Shown piece after piece: positions 10,234 to 16,757 of a stretch of 32,000 nt of DNA. The notes under the pieces are model-generated. The model did no database searches. It saw only the letters and a program-made list of their open reading frames with translations, and had not been told where the DNA came from. Source of the DNA: Psychrobacter sp. DM4. Its GTDB lineage: Bacteria > Pseudomonadota > Gammaproteobacteria > Pseudomonadales > Moraxellaceae. The number at the start of each line of letters is the position of its first letter. The first letter of the stretch is position 1. The stretch is from NCBI RefSeq assembly GCF_051307035.1, contig NZ_CP195536.1, positions 2,760,001 to 2,792,000 on the forward strand, in the 5' to 3' direction. A program made the position numbers and the translations under genes.

Positions 10234-11043
10234 ATGTCCCTATCTCTAAAACCTTTTTCATTCCTATCACTAAAGACAATTAGCCTAGCGCTATTAGCTA
10301 GCCTGTCTCTGATTGCCTGTAGTCCAGCCGCTGAGGAGACTACTGACGACACCGTTAGCGCTCCTATCACAAATACGACTCAAGTAGAAACTGCCAACAT
10401 AGAATCTGTTTCACGTGAAACAGAACCAACCAGTGTGACTATTATAGAGCAGCCTATTACTATATTGGCACTTGGTGATTCATTGACCGAAGGCTTGGGT
10501 GTTGATCCTGATGACAATTATCCCGCTCAATTAGAAGATAAGTTAAAAGAGATGGGCTATGTCAATGCTACTGTAGTCAATTCAGGGCTCAGCGGTGAGA
10601 CCAGTACTGGTCTGGTCAATCGCTTGGACTGGGTGAGTCAAACCAAACCTGATATTACTATTCTGACTATCGGCGCTAACGATGCGATTCGCGGTCTAGA
10701 TGTGGCAACGATTGAAAAAAATATTCGCACTGCGGTGACCCACCTACAGGACAATGGTAGCGAGGTCATATTAGGTGGTATGCAGATCTATGACAATCTA
10801 GGCAACGATTACGTCAGATCGTTCTCAGACATTTACCCGCGTATCGCTGAAGATATGGATTTGGCGATGATTCCTTTTTTCTTAAAGGGCGTAGGCGGTA
10901 TTGCTACTCTCAATCAGGCTGATGCCATTCATCCGACTAAAGAGGGCTATGCCATTATCGTCGATAATAATATTTTGCCTGTGCTGAAGCCTGAGCTTGA
11001 AAAAATGGTAGCCACTAAAACTACCGCTACAGAGAACTCATAA
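10234..11043 (+). CDS. tesA: SGNH/GDSL hydrolase, TesA-like arylesterase/lysophospholipase, lipoprotein
   Basis: Lipobox SLIAC. SGNH blocks: ALGDSLTEG (I), SGLSGETS (II), GANDA (III), DAIHP (V). Located directly upstream of ybbA/ybbP homologues. Confidence 0.8.
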   Translation: MSLSLKPFSFLSLKTISLALLASLSLIACSPAAEETTDDTVSAPITNTTQVETANIESVSRETEPTSVTIIEQPITILALGDSLTEGLGVDPDDNYPAQLEDKLKEMGYVNATVVNSGLSGETSTGLVNRLDWVSQTKPDITILTIGANDAIRGLDVATIEKNIRTAVTHLQDNGSEVILGGMQIYDNLGNDYVRSFSDIYPRIAEDMDLAMIPFFLKGVGGIATLNQADAIHPTKEGYAIIVDNNILPVLKPELEKMVATKTTATENS

Positions 11044-11750
11044 TGACTGAACTAGAAAATAGTGATAACAAAGAAGTACTACTACGTGCCACAGGCTTAA
11101 CTAAAACTGTCTCGGTAGGTGAGCGCGCGCTTACTATTATTAAAGACGTCGATATTTATGTCAATGCGGGTGAATTTGTGGTCATCATGGGTAAATCAGG
11201 CTCAGGTAAATCGACTTTGCTTGGCTTACTTGCCGCATTAGATTACCCCAATAGTGGCTCGGTTGAATTAGCAGGACAGCCGCTCACCACACTTGATGAA
11301 GACGCGCTAGCGGCTATTCGTCAGCGCGATATGGGTTTTGTGTTTCAGTCCTTTCATCTATTACCAACGTTAACCGTCGCTGAAAATATTGCGTTTCCGC
11401 TAGATATCGCACGTCGTCCTGATCAAGCGCGTGTTGATGAACTCATCGAAGCCGTTGGGCTCGGTCATCGCCGTGATAGCTTGCCAAGTCAACTATCAGG
11501 GGGCGAGCAGCAACGTACTGCCGTCGCACGTGCGCTGGTCTCACGACCAAAAATTGTCTTCGCTGATGAGCCTACGGGTAATTTAGATGAACAAAATGCT
11601 GATCAAGTCATGCAACTGTTGTTAGATCTGCGTCAGCAAACCGGTTCGGCACTCGTCGTAGTGACTCATGATCCTGCGCTTGCAGAGATGGCGGATCGAG
11701 TGATTATCATGCACGACGGAATGATAGATGGATCAACAATTAATGGATAA
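11043..11750 (+). CDS. ybbA: ABC transporter ATP-binding protein (YbbA/LolD family)
   Basis: Walker A GKSGSGKST, signature LSGGEQQR, Walker B IVFADEPTGNLD. Its ATG shares one base with the upstream TAA. Confidence 0.88.
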   Translation: MTELENSDNKEVLLRATGLTKTVSVGERALTIIKDVDIYVNAGEFVVIMGKSGSGKSTLLGLLAALDYPNSGSVELAGQPLTTLDEDALAAIRQRDMGFVFQSFHLLPTLTVAENIAFPLDIARRPDQARVDELIEAVGLGHRRDSLPSQLSGGEQQRTAVARALVSRPKIVFADEPTGNLDEQNADQVMQLLLDLRQQTGSALVVVTHDPALAEMADRVIIMHDGMIDGSTING

Positions 11751-14343
11751 TAGTGTTCACAATAATACTAACCAATCTCATGGTAAATTTGGTCAAATGT
11801 TTACGTCTACTTTAGGAACCAAAGCCCTCAGCCGCAGCTGGTGGCGGCGCTGGGTGTATCCTGTCTTATTTCTGATTACTTTGACCTTGTCGCTTGCGAC
11901 TTATCTCACCCTCGACTCTATCCAGCAGTCAGTCGATGGCTATATTACTGATAATCAGCGCGCGCTCGTCGGTGGCGATCTGGTACTTGAGAGTAATCAA
12001 GAGTGGCCGGCACAGATATTGGAGCAAGTACGCACCCTACCCGATGACAAGATAGTTTACGATTATCAGTTTAGCTCAATGGCCGTGACTGATGAGCAAA
12101 CTCTGCTGGTGCGTATCAAAGGGGTCACGCCTGCTTATCCTCTGTATGGCAAAGCGGAGACCGCCTCAGGCAAACCCTTGTGGCAACAGCTGAAGCCTGA
12201 CACGGTAGTTGTCGCGCCAGAAGTATTGCAAGGTCTCAATGCAAGCGTAGGTGATCGCATCAGTATCGGTGAGGGTCAATTCACTATCAGCGATGTACTG
12301 ACCAAAGAGCCCGATCGTCCGCTTAGTGCTTTTGACTTAGGTGGTCATGTGCTAATGCAAGAGGATGCGCTAGCCGCCACTGAGCTACTCGGTCAACGTA
12401 GTCGCGTGCGGTATCGTATAGAGATGGCAGGTAATGATGAGACTATAGCGTTATTAGGTGAGCAATTAGAGCAGACGTTGACCAGCTATCCTGATATTCA
12501 GCTCTCTGATATCGATTCTGAGGAAACCGCCGTCTCGCGTATCTCTGATAACGTCTTGATGTTTTTAAAACTACTCGTCATTGCGGTATTGCTACTATCA
12601 GCCGTCGCGATGTACGGGGTTATCACCGCTTTTGTCACCAAGCAGCAAGCCAATAACGCTATACGTATGGCGATGGGTGAACCGGTTAAGCAGATCAAAG
12701 CCAGCTATTATCGATTGCTATTGACCACCTCTATTATCTCAAGTATTGTCGCTGTGGTGCTCAGTTTAGGGCTCATACAGATCGGTCAGCCTTATCTTGC
12801 GGCTATCTTGCCTGCTGATGTCGGTTTGGCTATTGATCCTATTAGTATTGTCAAAACCTTAATCATCGCTATCATATTAACGATGGTCATTACGCAGCGC
12901 GGTCTTAGTGAGCTAAGCACGACTACCCCTGCTACCCTACTCAATCAAGGGGCTAGCCAAGCTGCAACCGACCAATCTTGGTATCAACGTCTGCCGCTGC
13001 TCTGGTATAGCGTTATGCTCGTTGGTCTATATCTGTTCTTTGCTTATGAAGTCGGCTCATGGATATTCTCTGCGCAATTACTCATTGGCTTGATTGCTTT
13101 TGTCGCGGTGTTTTGGTTATTAGCACGCGGGTGGTTATGGCTACTTGCGAGTATTGCTAAGCGTCGTAACATCAGTTGGATGCAGCGTATCGCTATTCAT
13201 AATCTGGCGCGTAAAGGTAACCAATCGGCGCTATTTTTTGTGACTTTAGCGCTATCGGTAGCCGTACTCACGCTGATTACGACTTTGAATTACAGTATTA
13301 ACGCGCAGTTCGTTGACGCTTACCCTGAAGATGCGCCCAATATATTCCTGCTCGATGTACAAACCGAACAGCACGATGATATCAACCAAATCATCGCCGC
13401 ACCTGTCGATTACTACCCTGTGATTCGAGCGCGCGTCGTCACTGCCAATGGCGTAGCTGCGGCAGATATCGAGGCTCCTGATAATCAAGATGATCCGACG
13501 CGAGTGTTTAATTTAAGCTATACCGATACGGTGATGGATACAGAGTATATCGTTGATACGGTGTCCAAAAATGAGCTCTATAGTCCTATCGACGCTCAGG
13601 ATCCACAACAATCAAAGCTACAGCAAGTACAGCCGTTATCTATCCTAGATACTTCGGCTGATATGCTAGATGTCGGTATGGGCGATCAAATTGTCTTTAA
13701 CATTCAAGGCATTGAGCTAACCGGACAAATCACCAGTATTCGCTCAAGATTTGAGCGTGGTCCTAGTCCGTACTTTTATTTCTTGTTTGAGCCTGATGTA
13801 TTGTCCGCAGCTCCGCAAATCCAGTTCGCTACTGCGCATATACCAGAGGCAAACATCGCTAAAGTGCAAGGTGAGCTAGTCCGCCAGTTCCCTGCGGTGA
13901 CCACTATTGATGGTACAGCTATAGCTGAGCAAGTCCAAGACTTAGTGACGCAAATGAGCCGCTTGGTCTATGTGTTCACCTTACTCGCCTTATTAACTGG
14001 CATTATGGTGCTCATCAGCTCACTACTCTCTACTTCGCAAGATCGTATGCAAGAGAGTGCGTCATTCCGTCTACTCGGTATGCAAAAGTCTGATCTGTAT
14101 AAGCTCAATATGTTAGAGATTGGCGTCCTAGGCGTTAGCGCGTCACTGTTTGCGGTGACTATCGCTAGTGTCGGGGCATGGCTTGCGATTACGCAATGGT
14201 TCAATCTGCGCTATAGCGTACCGTGGATGAACCTAGGGATTGGCGGTGCAGCGTTGGTCGCTCTGCTATTAGGCATCGCTATTATTTATGTAAGATTGGT
14301 GATTGGGCGCGGGATTATGGCGCGGGTTCGGGCTATGATTTGA
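11728..14343 (+). CDS. ybbP: ABC transporter permease with two FtsX-like domains (YbbP family)
   Basis: 871 aa with a duplicated FtsX-type 4-TM module and large periplasmic loops. Overlaps the ybbA 3' end. An alternative ATG lies at 11743. Confidence 0.82.
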   Translation: MDQQLMDNSVHNNTNQSHGKFGQMFTSTLGTKALSRSWWRRWVYPVLFLITLTLSLATYLTLDSIQQSVDGYITDNQRALVGGDLVLESNQEWPAQILEQVRTLPDDKIVYDYQFSSMAVTDEQTLLVRIKGVTPAYPLYGKAETASGKPLWQQLKPDTVVVAPEVLQGLNASVGDRISIGEGQFTISDVLTKEPDRPLSAFDLGGHVLMQEDALAATELLGQRSRVRYRIEMAGNDETIALLGEQLEQTLTSYPDIQLSDIDSEETAVSRISDNVLMFLKLLVIAVLLLSAVAMYGVITAFVTKQQANNAIRMAMGEPVKQIKASYYRLLLTTSIISSIVAVVLSLGLIQIGQPYLAAILPADVGLAIDPISIVKTLIIAIILTMVITQRGLSELSTTTPATLLNQGASQAATDQSWYQRLPLLWYSVMLVGLYLFFAYEVGSWIFSAQLLIGLIAFVAVFWLLARGWLWLLASIAKRRNISWMQRIAIHNLARKGNQSALFFVTLALSVAVLTLITTLNYSINAQFVDAYPEDAPNIFLLDVQTEQHDDINQIIAAPVDYYPVIRARVVTANGVAAADIEAPDNQDDPTRVFNLSYTDTVMDTEYIVDTVSKNELYSPIDAQDPQQSKLQQVQPLSILDTSADMLDVGMGDQIVFNIQGIELTGQITSIRSRFERGPSPYFYFLFEPDVLSAAPQIQFATAHIPEANIAKVQGELVRQFPAVTTIDGTAIAEQVQDLVTQMSRLVYVFTLLALLTGIMVLISSLLSTSQDRMQESASFRLLGMQKSDLYKLNMLEIGVLGVSASLFAVTIASVGAWLAITQWFNLRYSVPWMNLGIGGAALVALLLGIAIIYVRLVIGRGIMARVRAMI

Positions 14344-14383
14344 GAAGCGTTAAAAAATTGTGCTCCATTTTGGCTTTGCAAAG

Positions 14384-14408
14384 AAAAACCCCTTAATTGG
14401 GGTTTTTT
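14384..14408. terminator. Bidirectional rho-independent terminator after ybbP
   Basis: aaaaacccc-ttaatt-ggggttttttg: a GC stem flanked by an A-run and a T-run, so it is usable on both strands. Confidence 0.75.
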
Positions 14409-14449
14409 GATTGTTGATTTATTGAAGGTTGGTTATGGTTTATCTGCTG

Positions 14450-14464
14450 TAGCTAATCCTGCTA
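14450..14464 (+). repeat. 15-nt near-direct repeat, copy 1 (TAGCTAATCCTGCTA)
   Basis: 13 of 15 positions are identical to 16445-16459 (TAGCTAATGCTACTA). The two copies bracket the AT-rich insert. Confidence 0.35.
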
Positions 14465-14593
14465 TCCGCTATTATCTGCCAGTCTAGGCGAGGCGGTCGT
14501 TATCGTTTGAGCCGTTCCTGTTACCTCGATATCGTCTCAAAACGATACGTCCGCAACTCGCCTAGTCCGTCAGGATAACCGCTGCTATCAGGG
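14458..14593. repeat. Long imperfect palindrome (hairpin A, about 136 nt)
   Basis: By hand pairing, the arm cctgctatccgctattatctgccagtctaggcgaggcggtcgttatcgtttgag matches ctcaaaacgatacgtccgcaactcgcctagtccgtcaggataaccgctgctatcagg. Perfect blocks include ctaggcgag/ctcgcctag and atcgttt/aaacgat. Appears GC-normal by eye, unlike the adjacent AT-rich genes (not counted). Confidence 0.6.
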
Positions 14594-14700
14594 CTAAAAA
14601 ACTCATTAGGTTGATGTTAAGCTAGCATAAGAATCTATATTAAAGTAATAGTGTTAAATTATTTTCATCAATTTTAAATAAGAGTATAATTCACATACAA

Positions 14701-15183
14701 TCACTTAAAACAATCATCAAACTCTCTAAGTAGCTCAAACGTATTTATATAATCCACACCTACTTCACGACAAATATTAGGTATAAGTATTTTCTCACCT
14801 TGTAACTTATACCTTTCTTCAGTAACAACCGTTGAACCATCTGTCATGGCTCTGGCAATCAGCCAAGGATCTGCTGAACCTAAAAAATTTATATTTTTCT
14901 TATGACCTAAATTATATTTTGATTGACATAAATTTGCAATAATACGGAAGTTCTCTTGACATGCATTATCACTTTCAGAATGGAAGTAATGATTATACTG
15001 TCTAACCCAATCTGCTAATTCATCTCCAAAATCTTTGAGTTCATCATAAACTGATCGAATACTATATAAATTCCCTTTATTCTCATGATCACGTAACCAT
15101 TCCCAAAAAACAGGACAAAAATCCAAACCATAATAACGTTTGTTTGCCTCAAGAAATACGTTAGTATCTAAGACATACCTCAT
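14701..15183 (-). CDS. DUF4411-family PIN-like nuclease (putative toxin/effector)
   Basis: The N-terminus MRYVLDTNVFLEANKRYYGLDFCPVFWEWL matches my memory of the DUF4411 signature, including the PIN-type acidic LDTN. About 30% G+C. Its ATG overlaps the stop of the upstream gene (ATGA). Confidence 0.7.
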   Translation of the reverse strand: MRYVLDTNVFLEANKRYYGLDFCPVFWEWLRDHENKGNLYSIRSVYDELKDFGDELADWVRQYNHYFHSESDNACQENFRIIANLCQSKYNLGHKKNINFLGSADPWLIARAMTDGSTVVTEERYKLQGEKILIPNICREVGVDYINTFELLREFDDCFK

Positions 15184-16322
15184 AGTTTCATACTTACTTT
15201 TTGAGCAAACTTCTCAATATTACTAGGGTTCGTGCCTAAAATATTACCAGCATCTCTATAGAGCATTCTCCCAGACAAGGTCTGTGAAATAACTGCTTGA
15301 GATAGCTGTGAGCTAAGTTTGAAATTTTTGACTACATAGTAACTAGGTCCACTTTCGCTCCTATTCTTACTAGCTAGAAATTCTTCGCGAATTCTATGAA
15401 TGTACTCATCATATTTTTTCTTATCAATATAGTTTAAATCCAATGCTCTTCTTGCAACAACATGACGGCTCACATGGAAGTTTTTCACCAATACCTCAAA
15501 AGTTAAGTCCAAATTAGTACTATGTAATTCACTCCATTTTTTATGGAACTCTTTTTTAGGTACTAAGAACTCTCCAGCAACCGCATTACAGAATTGCTCA
15601 GTAGGATTTACCGAAAATATACTATTATCAGAAACGCCTGACTCTCCCTTGAGGATATGAGCCAATTCATGGATCAAAGTGAATAATTGAGCATTTAAAC
15701 TATCCGCAGTATTTATGAATATGAGTGGTGCAACCTCATCAGCTATAGCAAACCCTCGAAATTCCTCAACATTCAAAGGTTTAGTATAATGACCTAGATC
15801 ACTATCCTGTATTACCATTATCATTAAGTCTTCAATAGAGTTGACTAGTTTTCGATGATAGTCCTTAGCATCTTTAGCCTTATCTGACTTTAGCTTTTCA
15901 TTCAGAAAAGCAATCATTTCATTCATGTTAGCTTTGGATAAGTAACCTACATAAGGATTTCTTTCTATACCTTGCTCTTTCAAATAGTTTCTATACCATT
16001 CTACTCTTTCTTGATTTATACAGATAACTTCTTTTAAAGCGTTACTTGGTTTTTCTAATTCTTTACTATCTACAGTCCGCAAATCGGGGATTCTAAGAGC
16101 TTCCTCTTCTGGTATTTCATTCAGAAACAAAAAACCGAATGGTATATTAGTAATTTTGGCAAACTGTTTGGCCTTACTAAAAGCTATTTCTTCTTTACCT
16201 CGTTCAATCTCAGCTAACTTTTCTTCTCTTATAGAAAGTTTTTTTGATATCTCAGACATAGCTAAGCCTGAGCGTTTGATAGCCCAGCTGATAATATCAG
16301 GATTGATAAGAGCATATGCCAT
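15180..16322 (-). CDS. XRE-family HTH fused to an ImmA/IrrE (COG2856, M78-like) zinc metallopeptidase
   Basis: N-terminal HTH (LAMSEISKKLSIREEKLAEIERGK); HExxH zinc motif in FTLIHELAHILKGE; about 150-aa C-terminal extension. Confidence 0.8.
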   Translation of the reverse strand: MAYALINPDIISWAIKRSGLAMSEISKKLSIREEKLAEIERGKEEIAFSKAKQFAKITNIPFGFLFLNEIPEEEALRIPDLRTVDSKELEKPSNALKEVICINQERVEWYRNYLKEQGIERNPYVGYLSKANMNEMIAFLNEKLKSDKAKDAKDYHRKLVNSIEDLMIMVIQDSDLGHYTKPLNVEEFRGFAIADEVAPLIFINTADSLNAQLFTLIHELAHILKGESGVSDNSIFSVNPTEQFCNAVAGEFLVPKKEFHKKWSELHSTNLDLTFEVLVKNFHVSRHVVARRALDLNYIDKKKYDEYIHRIREEFLASKNRSESGPSYYVVKNFKLSSQLSQAVISQTLSGRMLYRDAGNILGTNPSNIEKFAQKVSMKL

Positions 16323-16351
16323 AAGAAACTCAATACGACTGAAGGTAGCTT

Positions 16352-16413
16352 AATATAGTTATATTCTAGCACTTTTCTTATTATCTTCGTCCTAAAATTG
16401 TACCTGACAGGTA
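16352..16413 (-). promoter_or_regulatory. Putative promoter/operator region of the immA-PIN operon
   Basis: On the minus strand there is an extended -10 (TGcTAGAAT, 16371-16363). It overlaps the palindrome AATATA-GT-TATATT (16352-16365). A 13-bp perfect palindrome TACCTGACAGGTA lies at 16401-16413. No convincing -35. Confidence 0.4.
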
Positions 16414-16444
16414 TGATCGTTTTACTTTATGATTAATTAATCAA

Positions 16445-16459
16445 TAGCTAATGCTACTA
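16445..16459 (+). repeat. 15-nt near-direct repeat, copy 2 (TAGCTAATGCTACTA)
   Basis: See copy 1 at 14450-14464. Confidence 0.35.
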
Positions 16460-16498
16460 ACAATACTCGCTTCGGAGAGCGGTTTAGACCAGATTGAA

Positions 16499-16611
16499 GC
16501 GGTAGCTTGGTAGGCTGTGGCGTTTACAGCACCTTGCACAGGAGTGGTCGCTTGGACGTTGGAACGCTACTGTGCAAGGTGCTGTGCGCTACAGACTGCC
16601 AACTACAAGCG
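16499..16611. repeat. Long imperfect palindrome (hairpin B, about 113 nt)
   Basis: A perfect 15-bp core, cagcaccttgcacag (16527-16541), pairs with ctgtgcaaggtgctg (16570-16584). The outer arms ggtaggctgtggcg / cgctacagactgcc and gcggtagctt / aactacaagcg pair imperfectly. The apical region is 28 nt. Confidence 0.6.
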
Positions 16612-16654
16612 AAAAGCAGGATCAGCTCCAAAGCCCCTAAAACAGCAAACCCAA

Positions 16655-16687
16655 AACGCTCGCTATTAACTTAGTGAGCGTTTTTTC
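16655..16687 (+). terminator. Rho-independent terminator with no annotated plus-strand gene upstream
   Basis: Stem cgctcgct / agtgagcg (8 bp, one G-U), 8-nt loop, then a T6 run at 16681-16686. Confidence 0.7.
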
Positions 16688-16706
16688 GTTCAACACAACC
16701 CTCATT

Positions 16707-16715
16707 TGCTATAAT
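16707..16715 (+). promoter_or_regulatory. Putative extended -10 promoter element for avtA
   Basis: TGcTATAAT lies 43 nt upstream of the avtA ATG. The -35 is weak. Confidence 0.45.
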
Positions 16716-16757
16716 AGCGCCACTTTATACAACTAATACCAACCTCACGGTAACGCT

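Noticed and set aside
10008-10370. A 120-aa minus-strand ORF overlapping the start of the tesA-like gene.
   Set aside because: It overlaps a confidently called gene and its signal peptide, and has no motif. It is an antisense artefact.
14611-14690. Plus-strand sigma70-like hexamers (a perfect TATAAT at about 14683) that would drive an RNA antisense to the 3' end of the PIN gene.
   Set aside because: The surrounding DNA is so AT-rich that -10-like hexamers are expected by chance, and there is no supporting -35 or terminator.
16156-16353. A 65-aa plus-strand ORF overlapping the 5' end of the XRE-ImmA gene.
   Set aside because: It is antisense to a well-supported gene and has no Shine-Dalgarno or motif.
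14458-16611. Hairpins A and B as integron attC sites flanking a gene cassette.
   Set aside because: The outer ends lack the paired R'' (RYYYAAC) and R' (GTTRRRY) core sites. The one GTTAAGC match (about 14615) has no inverse partner. There is no intI gene and no cassette array nearby.
14458-16611. Hairpins as retron msr/msd, or as a type III (ToxI-like) RNA antitoxin.
   Set aside because: No reverse transcriptase gene is present, and no tandem direct repeats of a ToxI-type unit are visible. Only long inverted repeats are seen.
16499-16611. Hairpin B as a known housekeeping RNA (6S, 4.5S/SRP, tmRNA, RNase P).
   Set aside because: It lacks the SRP domain IV motif (GGUCCGGAAGGAAGCAGCC-like), the large central bubble of 6S and a tRNA-like end. 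Only a cmscan could fully exclude these.
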